From NCBI GenBank assembly GCA_002722885.1, contig PBNE01000011.1, forward strand, positions 2,336 to 66,335: DNA of 64,000 nt. The letters run 5' to 3'. Below the pieces are notes generated by a model that saw only the letters and a list, made by a program, of their open reading frames with translations, was not told the origin of the DNA and searched no databases. Made by a program: the position numbers and the translations under genes. Positions 37,031 through 46,152 of this stretch are shown one piece after another (within the stretch, counting starts at the first letter, position 1; every line of letters begins with the position of its first letter). This DNA comes from Rhodospirillaceae bacterium. GTDB lineage: Bacteria; Pseudomonadota; Alphaproteobacteria; SP197.

Positions 37031-37834
37031 ATGACCAGAATCACGACCGACGATGGTGTCGGGCTCGAAATCGTCGTTTCAGGCCGGTCCGATGGCCCCG
37101 ACCTGATGTTTTGCAACTCCTTGGGCACCGATCACCGCATGTGGGACGGCCAGGCCGAACACTTCGGCGAAACACACCGCATCATTCGCTATGATCGCCG
37201 TGGCCACGGCCGGTCGGATGTCCCGCCGGGACCGTATTCCTTCGAACGACTGGGTCGGGACGCGCTCGCTGTGGTCGATGCCCTCAGCGTCGGCAAAGTT
37301 TGGTTCTGTGGTCTTTCGATGGGCGGGATGACCGGCATGTGGCTGGCAGCGAACGTTCCCGAACGTTTTCGCGGCTTTGCTCTGTGCAACACCGGCGCAT
37401 ATATGCCGCCATACGAGATGTGGACCGAACGTATCAACCTGTCCCGCGCTGGCCATCTTGACAGGATGGTCGAAAAGGTTCTGGAACGATGGTTCACGGC
37501 CGAGTTTCGCAAGACCCATCCCGATGCCGTCGCGCGAGTCCGTGAGCACTACCTTGAAACCCCGCCGGAAGGTTACGCGGCCTGCTGCGAGGCAATCCGC
37601 GACCTGGACCAGCGCGAGTCCATCAAATTCATCCGTGCGCCGGTGATGGTGTTGGCCGGAGCCGAAGATCCCGCCACGACTCCGGCCTACGGCAAGCTGA
37701 TCGCCGACAGTGTTCCCGGGGCGCGTTACGTGGAGCTTGCCGCGGCGGCCCATCTTTCGAACATCGAAAGGCCGGATGCCTTCAACTTTGCTCTCGCTGA
37801 TTTTATCGATGCTCACAAGGCGGTGAATGCCTAG
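37031..37834 (+). CDS. pcaD: 3-oxoadipate enol-lactonase-like alpha/beta hydrolase
   Basis: 267 aa. NSLGTDHRMWD, GLSMGG nucleophile elbow, and HLSNIERPDAF. It aligns by eye end to end with remembered PcaD sequences. Confidence 0.75.
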   Translation: MTRITTDDGVGLEIVVSGRSDGPDLMFCNSLGTDHRMWDGQAEHFGETHRIIRYDRRGHGRSDVPPGPYSFERLGRDALAVVDALSVGKVWFCGLSMGGMTGMWLAANVPERFRGFALCNTGAYMPPYEMWTERINLSRAGHLDRMVEKVLERWFTAEFRKTHPDAVARVREHYLETPPEGYAACCEAIRDLDQRESIKFIRAPVMVLAGAEDPATTPAYGKLIADSVPGARYVELAAAAHLSNIERPDAFNFALADFIDAHKAVNA

Positions 37835-37945
37835 GCCAACACCTCCATTGGTCGATTGACCCGGTCTGCCTGAGGATCATAATCGTGCCAGGGGAACGAT
37901 GCTCCTGCCGGTTCAGGCCGGAGATGCATCCCATAGGTAGGAACC

Positions 37946-38194
37946 ATGAAAACGAAGATTCTGTCAGCCGCATTGGGTGTGGCGATGACCTTGGGCTTAG
38001 GCGTTGGCGAAGCGCAAGCTGCCAAGACCCTGGTGTACTGCTCCGAAGGCAGTCCCGAAGGCTTCAATCCGTCGCTCTACACCGCTGGTACGACCTTCGA
38101 TGCGTCGTCGCGGCAGGTCTTCAACAAGCTGGTCGAGTTCGATCGCGGCATCGGGACGGAGCGACACCAGTGTCAGGTCTTCCTTGGCCTCTAG
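37946..38194 (+). pseudogene. N-terminal stub of a dipeptide/oligopeptide ABC substrate-binding protein (DppA-like)
   Basis: Signal peptide plus AKTLVYCSEGSPEGFNPSLYTAGTTFDASSRQVFNKLVEF, the typical DppA mature N-terminus. Similarity is lost after about aa 68 and the ORF ends at aa 82. Confidence 0.7.
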
Positions 38195-38231
38195 TGACAG
38201 GCTTGCCTCGTCTATCAGAAACACCATCGTT

Positions 38232-38738
38232 CTAGGCAGTGCGGCTGTCTCCAGCCGCCTGGCCCGAACAGACCAGGAGTGCCAACCAGAAACCGTCTGC
38301 CTCGAACTTCACATTGTCGCCTGACCCGACCAGATGCCGAGTCAAGACAAACCCCAGGCCGTCCTGACGGTCGATGGTGAGACTCGGCGCCGCCTGCTTC
38401 AGCGCCGGGTCATGGATGTTCAGCACGCGCGACCCGGTCCGCACCTCCAGCCGGTGCGGTGTCTGAGGGCCGCAGGTCCAGAGCGAGCCGGCAGTCAGGT
38501 CAGACACTGCACTGCCGGCTTCATCGGTCCGCCGAACTGCCCCTTCCAACAGTACATTGGTTTCCCGGTGATTGCTGAAACACAGTCTCTAATCGAGATC
38601 GGCGTGGGCGTCGGCCTGGGTCACGATCAGGCTAAGCCCCTCGGCTTTCGTGAGATAACGCCATGAGGTCACAGCGCCATCGGTGCTCCTCCGGACCCGC
38701 CCCTCGGCTTCCAGCCACGCGGGCCTCAGATCGATCAC
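38232..38738 (-). pseudogene. decayed paralog of the EctC-like cupin gene, with an in-frame TAG and a truncated second module
   Basis: The GTG at 38738 overlaps the upstream stop (GTGA). MIDLRPAWLEAEGRVRRSTDGAVTSWRYLTKAEGLSLIV...DLD*RLCFSNHRETNVLLEG...WTCGPQTPHRLEV parallels the neighbour's modules. TAG at 38589-38591. Confidence 0.65.
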
Positions 38739-39574
38739 GCGCTGCCGTCAGGTCCTGCCGGAATCGGCCCGGTGGGCGGGTAGCCACCCTGGTCGTCGTG
38801 CCGTTCTGTGCCGTCGAGCGGCGGGTTGAAGACCGAGATCACATGGGAATCGACCAGCACCTTCAGGCGATGCTTGTCCCGGGGCCCCAAGCAATAGACA
38901 TCGCCGGTCACCAGATCATGCGTCTCGCCGCTCTCCCGGTCGGAAAGCTCGATCTCACCATCGAGCACGATGTTGGCCTCCCAGTGGTTGCGATACCACA
39001 GATCGACCTCGCGCCCGGCTTTGAACCGGACATCCGAGATCGCGACGCCCAGATTGTCGGCGCTGGTCAGCAGCTTGGCGAAGCGCGATCCGCCGTCGGC
39101 GCGTTCGACCGCATGGCCGGCCTCTTCGGCCATCGCCCAGGTCTTCACGAACATGCGCTCCTTGCCCTCGGGCGGCGTGCCGTTGGCGGGATAGGTGCCT
39201 TCCGCATCATGGGTCTCCGAGCCGACCAGCGGCGGATTGAAGACGCTGATGATGCGGAAACCCTCGTCGGCCGTGTTCTGGAGCTGGTGCCGGTCGCCGG
39301 GGCCGACGCAATACATCACGCCGGGCTCCAGGTCCCAGACCGTGCTGTTAGTCAGATCGGTCAGCGTACCGCTGCCCTGGCGGACATAGTTCGCCTCCCA
39401 GTGGTTCTTGTACCAGAGGGTCGCATTGCCACCGGGAACACCGCGCGCTTCCGAAAGGCTGAACCCCAGACCGTCGGACGCATTGAGCATACGCAGGGCG
39501 CCCGACTTGCCCTGGTTGATGACCAGCATGCGGTCGGGCTGTGCTTCCATCCATTCAAGGGTGCGGATCAGCAT
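38735..39574 (-). CDS. fused double ectoine-synthase-like (EctC-type) cupin protein
   Basis: 279 aa, two modules. MLIRTLEWME...LWYKNHWEANYVRQGSG...VFNPPLVGSETHDAEGTYP, then FVKTWAMAEE...LWYRNHWEANIVLDGE...VFNPPLDGTERHDDQGGYP. Both align by eye with EctC ([15 protein letters not shown] ... [20 protein letters not shown], from memory). Confidence 0.8.
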   Translation of the reverse strand: MLIRTLEWMEAQPDRMLVINQGKSGALRMLNASDGLGFSLSEARGVPGGNATLWYKNHWEANYVRQGSGTLTDLTNSTVWDLEPGVMYCVGPGDRHQLQNTADEGFRIISVFNPPLVGSETHDAEGTYPANGTPPEGKERMFVKTWAMAEEAGHAVERADGGSRFAKLLTSADNLGVAISDVRFKAGREVDLWYRNHWEANIVLDGEIELSDRESGETHDLVTGDVYCLGPRDKHRLKVLVDSHVISVFNPPLDGTERHDDQGGYPPTGPIPAGPDGSA

Positions 39575-39735
39575 GGCGGGGCTCCGTTTCGGTTGGGGGG
39601 CAAAGGGACTGGGACAGAACCATAAAGGTTGGTCGCACGTTCGTCACAGGTCTTTGGAGGTCGGGAGGTTTGTCAAAGCCTGCACGTTGAACGGTCTGAG
39701 CGAGATGGCGCGGTCCGTCGTGATGATGGTGCTGT

Positions 39736-40929
39736 TTAACCCTGGGCCACCTGCTTGCCGCGGGGGATCAGCTTCTCCGCGTCATAGAACGGCAGCGCCA
39801 CCGTTTCGCCCGGCACGCCGTCGGCCCCGCAGGTAACTTGGCGGTCGATCCAGTCGCCTTCCTGATCGAATAGGACATAACCGATCGCGTGACCCAGGGT
39901 CGGCGACTCAACCGATGCTGTGATCGAACCGGCCACGGCACCGTCGATCATCACAGCCATGCCCGCTTCCAGTGTGCCCTGTGACGTCAGCCCGACCAGA
40001 CGCGGCCGTCGATCCGCCTTTTCCAGAGCCTCGCGGCCGATGAAGTCGCCCTTCTCGAAATCGACGAATTGGCCCAGCCCGGCGGCGAAGGGTGTGGTTC
40101 CCGGATTCATGTCTGAGCCGTTGTTGAGGATGCCGCCTTCGATACGCCGGATGTTCATCGACGCCATCGACGCAAAACGCAGCTCATGGGCCGCGCCTTT
40201 GTCTATCATGTGATCCCACAGGGCCGCATGGTCACAGTCTTCGGGAACATAAATCTCGAAGCCCAACTCATTGGTCCAGCCCGTGCGTGTGACCAGCAGC
40301 CGTTGACCCGCCATCGTGACCTCTGCGGCCGCGAAGTAGGTGAAGGGTGAGGGCATCCCGTCATCTGCGAGGTCGCCAAGAACATCGAGCGAGCGCGGCC
40401 CCTGAATCTGCAACACCCAGTCCTCGGTATCGACAATCTCGACGTCGAAGCCCTTCTGGTGGGCCCGCAGCCAGGTGAAGATTTCGCCGTCCGCGAGCAC
40501 GTAGCGGAAGCGGTCTTCTGCCAGACGCATCAGAACACCATCCATCAGGATACCGCCGTCGTCGTAGCACATCAGGCCATAGCCGCAGCGCCCGACCTTC
40601 ATGGGCGTGATCGCACGCACCATCAGATAATCTAGGAACCGTGCGGCATCGGGCCCGACAAACTCGATGGCGTGTTCAGGAACATCGTAAAGTGTGGCGG
40701 CGCGGCGCAGGTGGGCGTATTCGAAGGCCACGTCGTCATCCAGATAGACCGGCGACATATGGCCGCTGTAGACACAGAAGATGGCATCGGGACCGATCTT
40801 GTCTTCGTAGAACGGAATGAAGGGTGAGGCGCGATGCCCCGCCTTCCGCCAGGGGAAAACCGGCAGGGTCCGGGGGGCACCGCCCTGGAATGACCCGACG
40901 GTGGCGGTGTTGGATGAAGATGTTGTCAT
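39736..40929 (-). CDS. aminomethyltransferase (GcvT/DmdA) family protein
   Basis: 397 aa. RTGWTNELGFEIYV and RRIEGGILNNGSDM motifs, with the C-terminal barrel typical of folate-dependent GcvT-fold enzymes. Confidence 0.85.
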   Translation of the reverse strand: MTTSSSNTATVGSFQGGAPRTLPVFPWRKAGHRASPFIPFYEDKIGPDAIFCVYSGHMSPVYLDDDVAFEYAHLRRAATLYDVPEHAIEFVGPDAARFLDYLMVRAITPMKVGRCGYGLMCYDDGGILMDGVLMRLAEDRFRYVLADGEIFTWLRAHQKGFDVEIVDTEDWVLQIQGPRSLDVLGDLADDGMPSPFTYFAAAEVTMAGQRLLVTRTGWTNELGFEIYVPEDCDHAALWDHMIDKGAAHELRFASMASMNIRRIEGGILNNGSDMNPGTTPFAAGLGQFVDFEKGDFIGREALEKADRRPRLVGLTSQGTLEAGMAVMIDGAVAGSITASVESPTLGHAIGYVLFDQEGDWIDRQVTCGADGVPGETVALPFYDAEKLIPRGKQVAQG

Positions 40930-40954
40930 GCAGAAATTCTCCGATTTGTGTCGT

Positions 40955-42142
40955 TCAGCACGCCGCGCTCAGGGCTTCCGGCAGGGGTTCAGGGCAGGCG
41001 GTCGCACCCGTCAGAAGCCGGGCGAGGTACTGGTTGAACTCGTGGTTGGGCCGTTCCAGGTAGCTGAGGTGCCCGGGCCGGGCCAGGCCGGCGTTCATGC
41101 CGCGGAACACGGCCTGGGTACCAATCCGGTCTTCCTCGTTCACATCGTCCAGAATCTGCTTGGCCTTGGCGACGTGTTCAGCACCCTGTGGATCGTTGAT
41201 GAAGTCGGGCGCCATGCCGCCGCCATAGAGCATCTTCACCTGGCCGACGCCATGGGGCTGCAGCACCAGATACCAGAAGTAACCCGGGGTCAGGGTGATC
41301 ATGTGGCCGGGATAGATCGTGATCAGCGCCGTCGTGCGCCGCCACTCACCCTCCAGATAGCGGCAGTCGGGATGCGCATTGGCCAGCGCGAATTCGGATT
41401 CCTTGGTGATCCAGTGGTAGTTGAAGACGGCATTGCCCGGCGGCATGTCCATCTCCTCCACCTTCGACTGCTTGCCGATGGTCGGGCCGTGGAGCTGGAA
41501 CAGGTGGTAACTTTCCATGAAGTTCTCGGCCAGAACCTTCCAGTTCGTGTCCCAGATGTGTTCTTCACGGAAGGTCTCGACATAATTCTCGAACTGGTAG
41601 CGGCCGGTCACGATGTCCTTGATCGACTGCAGCCGCTTGGCGACCGGCTCGATATCCGGATTGAGCGTGACATAAATCCAGCCGTCCCACAGCTCGCAGC
41701 GGATCGTGGGAAGGCAGTAATCCTTCTTCTCGAACTCCGGCGTGCCGTCCATGTAGGGCGCCTTGCGCAGGTTGCCGTCGAGGTCATAACTCCAGGCGTG
41801 ATAGGGGCAGGTCACGAACTTCTTGTTGCCCGTGCCTTCCAGAAGAATGCTCATCCGGTGCAGGCAGACGTTCGAGTAGGCCCGGATCCCACCCGACTTG
41901 TCGCGGATCACGAAGATCGGCTGATCGGCGATCTGCAGGGTCAGGTAGTCGCCGGTCTTCTTCAAGGATTCGGCACGGCCGGCGCAGATCCATTCCTTGC
42001 TGAACACGTGTTCGAGTTCGAGTTCGAGAAAATCTGGCGAGGTGTAGATACCCGCCGGCGCCGCCCTCGCGCCTTCGAACGGCCGTTCGGCGTTGCTGTG
42101 AAGTTCGCTGAGGATCTGGTCGATAGGCGTTTTTCTGGGCAT
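40955..42142 (-). CDS. aromatic-ring-hydroxylating-type Rieske oxygenase, alpha subunit
   Basis: 395 aa. Rieske motif CLHRMSIL...CPYHAWSY, and a C-terminal catalytic domain with ENFMESYHLFQLH-type iron ligands. Confidence 0.88.
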   Translation of the reverse strand: MPRKTPIDQILSELHSNAERPFEGARAAPAGIYTSPDFLELELEHVFSKEWICAGRAESLKKTGDYLTLQIADQPIFVIRDKSGGIRAYSNVCLHRMSILLEGTGNKKFVTCPYHAWSYDLDGNLRKAPYMDGTPEFEKKDYCLPTIRCELWDGWIYVTLNPDIEPVAKRLQSIKDIVTGRYQFENYVETFREEHIWDTNWKVLAENFMESYHLFQLHGPTIGKQSKVEEMDMPPGNAVFNYHWITKESEFALANAHPDCRYLEGEWRRTTALITIYPGHMITLTPGYFWYLVLQPHGVGQVKMLYGGGMAPDFINDPQGAEHVAKAKQILDDVNEEDRIGTQAVFRGMNAGLARPGHLSYLERPNHEFNQYLARLLTGATACPEPLPEALSAAC

Positions 42143-42276
42143 GGCTCACTGTCACTCTTGAGGACGACTGGCATGGTTGTCGGGCGCGGATTGCGTTCCT
42201 TGACAGTACCGAACGGGTCGCCGACAAGCGACATGCTTCTACAGAAACACCGCTTAGACAAAAGCTAAGGTCTTTC

Positions 42277-43416
42277 ATGGTTCACAGGGTCGATCACGTC
42301 CCCCTCATGTCGTCCGGTCCGGGCACCCAGCGCTTTCTTACCGTCCATCGGTTTGGCACGATCGGCGCACGGCCCAAGCTCTACTTTCATGCCGCGCTCC
42401 ACGCCGACGAACTGCCGGGAACGCTGATCCTCAACCGCATGCTCGGCTGGCTGGCTGAGGCCGACTGCGAGGGTGCGATCACCGGCGAGATCGTCGTTCT
42501 CCCGATCGCCAATCCCATCGGTCTCTCCAACCGGATCATGGGCTATCACCTCGGCCGCTACGACCTCGACGGTGACGGCAACTTCAACCGCTGGTATCCG
42601 AACCTCGCCCGCAAGATCGCGGCCAGGGTCGGCAACAGTCTCACCGACGACAGGGACGAGAACACAGCTATCATTCGTCAGGCCAGCCTTGAGGCTGTTG
42701 AGGCCTGGCCCGGAGAAGGTGAGGCCAACACACTGCGCAAAACGCTGCTCGGCCTTTCGGTGGATTGCGACTTCATCTTCGACCTGCACTGCCATGGCGA
42801 GGCGATCCAGTACATCTACTTCCCCGAGAACCACTGGGAGCGCTACGGCGATCTTGCCGCCGAACTGGCCTGCCGAACCGTCCTGCTGTTCCCGACAGAT
42901 GAGGGCACCAACTTCGATGTCGCGAGCACAGTCATTTGGCATCATCTGCGCAAGTCCTTTCCGGACCGCCCGATCGCCGAGCCGCCCTTTACCACCACGG
43001 TGGAGCTGCGCGGCCAGAATGATGTGGGAGATGATACTGCCTTGCCGGACGCCGAAGGTCTCTGGCGTTTCATGCAGCGCCGTGGCGTCATTGCAGGCGA
43101 TCCCGGCGAACCACCGCCCTTGCTCTGTGAGCCGACGCCCCAATCGGGCTCCGACGATCTCGTCGCTCCTTGTGCCGGCGTGATCTCCTACCGTATCGCG
43201 CCCGGCGACCGGATTGCAGCAGGTGATGTGGTGGCCGATATCGTTGACCCGTCGGAACCGGACTTCGAGAAGGCGCGCACGCCAGTCATCAGTCGGGCGA
43301 CTGGTGTCTTCTACGGGCGGAATCTGAGCCGTCTGGTGCGGCCGGGCCAGTCCTTTGCCGTGATCTCCGGCAGCGAACCGCTTCCCGCCAACGATCTTCC
43401 CGTGATCGATTACTGA
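42277..43416 (+). CDS. succinylglutamate desuccinylase/aspartoacylase (AstE/AspA, DoeB-like) family deacylase
   Basis: 379 aa. LYFHAALHADELPG zinc motif and DLHCHGEA. Confidence 0.85.
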   Translation: MVHRVDHVPLMSSGPGTQRFLTVHRFGTIGARPKLYFHAALHADELPGTLILNRMLGWLAEADCEGAITGEIVVLPIANPIGLSNRIMGYHLGRYDLDGDGNFNRWYPNLARKIAARVGNSLTDDRDENTAIIRQASLEAVEAWPGEGEANTLRKTLLGLSVDCDFIFDLHCHGEAIQYIYFPENHWERYGDLAAELACRTVLLFPTDEGTNFDVASTVIWHHLRKSFPDRPIAEPPFTTTVELRGQNDVGDDTALPDAEGLWRFMQRRGVIAGDPGEPPPLLCEPTPQSGSDDLVAPCAGVISYRIAPGDRIAAGDVVADIVDPSEPDFEKARTPVISRATGVFYGRNLSRLVRPGQSFAVISGSEPLPANDLPVIDY

Positions 43417-43423
43417 GGCCGCC

Positions 43424-44527
43424 GTGACCCATTCTATCGAACATATCACACTGCCCACGGCCAGCCTTGGGACCGAGCGCAACGTCACGGTCCACCGCTT
43501 CGGGACACCGGGTGCGCGGCCCAAGGCTTATCTGCACGCGGCCCTCCATGCTCAGGAGCTGCCGGGCATCGTGGTCCTTGAACATCTCCAGAAGCGCCTT
43601 CACGAAGCCGACGCAGAAGGAAAGATCATCGGCGAGATCGCGCTGGTGCCGTTCGCCAATCCCATTGGGCTGTCCCAGCAGATCATGATGGAGGCCCAGG
43701 GGCGCTACGACCTCGATACCAACCGCAACTACAATCGTGGCTTCCCTGACCTTATCGGCGAGGTCGTCGAGGTCATTGCGGACAGCCTGACGGATGATGG
43801 GGACGAAAATGTCGCGGTGATCCGAACGGCTATAGGTACGGCTCTTGAAGGTCGCAAGGACGCCCGCGAGGCCGACGTTCTGAAGCTGCGATTGCTGCAG
43901 CTTTCCCACGACGCGGATCTTGTTCTCGATCTCCATTCGGCCTGGGAAGCTTTGCTGCACCTCTTTGTCACCGATGTGAACTGGCCCGATGCTGATGACC
44001 TCGCTCGGCAAATCGGTGCCGAGGTTGTGCTGGTCGACCGTGGCAACCGTATGATGACCTTCAAGTCGGCTCATGCCCTGCTCTGGAAGGAGGTGGCCGC
44101 CCGTTTCCCCGATCATCCCGTGCCGCCGGGGAGCCTGACCGCCGTGGTCGAACTGCGCGGGCAGCGCGATGTCGATGACCATCTCACGCGGCCCGACGCG
44201 GACAACCTCTATCACTGGCTCCAGCGGCGCGGCGTCATTGCGGGATCGCCCGGTCCGCTCCCTGAGGCCCGTTGCGAGCCGCGTTCGGTGGTAGGACTGC
44301 ACCGCCTCACCGCCGAAGCGGGCGGCATTCTCGTTTACCACCGGCAGCTCGGGCACGCCGTACGTGAGGGCGAGACCTTCTGCCACATCCTCGACCCCGA
44401 AACGGCCACGCGGACGCCGGTCACCGCGCCCATCGACGGTCTGCTCTATGCCCGTCGCAGCCACCGTTTCGCGCGCAAGGGGCAGTACTTTTGCGCCATT
44501 GCAGGTGACACGCCGATCGAGGGTTAG
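43424..44527 (+). CDS. succinylglutamate desuccinylase/aspartoacylase (AstE/AspA, DoeB-like) family deacylase, tandem paralog
   Basis: 367 aa. GTG start with GAGG upstream. AYLHAALHAQELPG and DLHSAWEA. Collinear with the preceding gene. Confidence 0.85.
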   Translation: MTHSIEHITLPTASLGTERNVTVHRFGTPGARPKAYLHAALHAQELPGIVVLEHLQKRLHEADAEGKIIGEIALVPFANPIGLSQQIMMEAQGRYDLDTNRNYNRGFPDLIGEVVEVIADSLTDDGDENVAVIRTAIGTALEGRKDAREADVLKLRLLQLSHDADLVLDLHSAWEALLHLFVTDVNWPDADDLARQIGAEVVLVDRGNRMMTFKSAHALLWKEVAARFPDHPVPPGSLTAVVELRGQRDVDDHLTRPDADNLYHWLQRRGVIAGSPGPLPEARCEPRSVVGLHRLTAEAGGILVYHRQLGHAVREGETFCHILDPETATRTPVTAPIDGLLYARRSHRFARKGQYFCAIAGDTPIEG

Positions 44528-45293
44528 CGGCCTGCCACTCGGACTGGGCGGGCGCGAGTCCCGGAAGGTGACGTTCGACCAGGGCGCCAAGCTCGCCGTT
44601 CTGAAGCAGCGTGGCGATGGCGTCGCCGATTTCTTCGAGCAACATCGGGTCGTCCGCGACAGCGAAGGCGAGCCCGCCGCCGTCTGTCAGCAGATTGATA
44701 GTCAGCTCGGCGATGGCGAGGCCGACTCCCATCGGGATTTCGGCAAGCACCAGAGGAAGCGTCAGGCCGTGACGAAACACAGCGTCGATGCTTCCGGCAT
44801 GAAGCGAGAAATAGAGCTCCTCATCGTCGGGATAACGGCGGATCCGGTCAGGCGGCAGGTTGGCTTCGAGCTAATGTGCGTGCGGCGAACCCCACAGCGC
44901 CCCCACGGTCAATGTCGAGAGGTCGACGTCGTCGGACATCACTGTGAGACCTTCCACGACCACAAATCGCGACGGGGTCTCAAGATAGACCGGCGCAGCC
45001 TAAAGGCCCAGGTGGCCGGCGGTCAGGCCGGAGAGTCCGGAGAAGACCACGTCGAACCTGCCCGACTGCAGACCCGTCGCAAGATCCTGCTAGGCCACGA
45101 CAATCACCTCGCAACGACGGTCGAGCTCGGCACACAGCGCATCGGTAAGGTCGCGTTCCAACCCGACGACCTCGCCGGAGGCATCGAGCATGGTGAAGTG
45201 CGGTTTGGCGGCATCGGTCGCCAGAACAAGCACGTCGTCCGCCCGCACGAGGTCGCAGATCAGCAGGCAGGCCAGAAGAACAAGCACACGCAT
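44421..45293 (-). pseudogene. family-3 (amino-acid type) ABC substrate-binding protein with three in-frame TAG codons
   Basis: MRVLVLLACLLICDLVRADDVLVLATDAAKPHFTML...VIVVA*QDLATGLQSGRFDVVFSGLS...GL*AAPVYLE...AH*LEANLP.... TAGs at 45090-45092, 45000-45002 and 44871-44873 are all in one frame. The 3' end runs into the convergent deacylase gene. Confidence 0.75.
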
Positions 45294-45400
45294 GCCGTCA
45301 CCATAGAGCCATGTGATGGTCGGCTTCACCCTTGTGCGACACCGGCAAGACGACAACAGTCGGCTGTGGTACGGCTTGGTAATGACGCAGGGAGGTGAGG

Positions 45401-46147
45401 GTGCAGGTCAGCTACGACTTAAGCGGTAAACGAGCCGTCGTTACGGGTGGTGCCTCGGGTATCGGGCTGGCAGCAGCCGAACGGTTTGTGGCATCCGGCG
45501 CTTCGGTCGTTCTCTGGGATCAGGACGGCGACCGCGCAGCCGCCGAGGCGGGCCGGCTGGGAGCCGGTGTCTCCGCCGTCGCCGTTGATATCACCGATGA
45601 CGCCTCGGTTGACGCCGCCGCTACACAGTCGGTCTCGGATGGTCCCGTTCAGATTCTGGTCAACAGCGCCGGGATCGGCGGCAGCGGTTTTCCCTTGTGG
45701 GAGTGCGATCCCGATGCATGGCGCCGCATGATCGACGTCAATCTTGTCGGTCAGTTTCTGGTGTGCCGTGCGCTCTGCAAGCAGATGATCGCGACCGGTT
45801 GGGGGCGCATCGTCAACATTGCATCGGTCGCGGGCAAGGAGGGCAACACCAACGCATCGCCCTACAGCGCCTCCAAGGCGGGCCTGATTGGCCTGACCAA
45901 ATCGCTGGGCAAGGAGCTGATCGGCACCGGTGTCCTGGCCAACTGTATCTGCCCGGCTGTGATCGAGACGCCGATGATCAACCAGATGACGCAAGAGCAG
46001 ATGGACTACATGACGGCGAAGATTCCCATGGGCCGGCTTGGGACCGTCGACGAGGTGGCCGCGCTGATCGCCTGGCTGTCGTCCGACGATTGCTCTTTTT
46101 CGACTGGAGCCGTCTATGACATCTCCGGCGGCCGCGCGACCTATTGA
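45401..46147 (+). CDS. SDR family oxidoreductase
   Basis: VVTGGASGIG and YSASKAG motifs. GTG 45401 is preferred over GTG 45395 because GGAGG lies 5 nt upstream of it. Confidence 0.88.
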   Translation: MQVSYDLSGKRAVVTGGASGIGLAAAERFVASGASVVLWDQDGDRAAAEAGRLGAGVSAVAVDITDDASVDAAATQSVSDGPVQILVNSAGIGGSGFPLWECDPDAWRRMIDVNLVGQFLVCRALCKQMIATGWGRIVNIASVAGKEGNTNASPYSASKAGLIGLTKSLGKELIGTGVLANCICPAVIETPMINQMTQEQMDYMTAKIPMGRLGTVDEVAALIAWLSSDDCSFSTGAVYDISGGRATY

Positions 46148-46152
46148 ATTGG

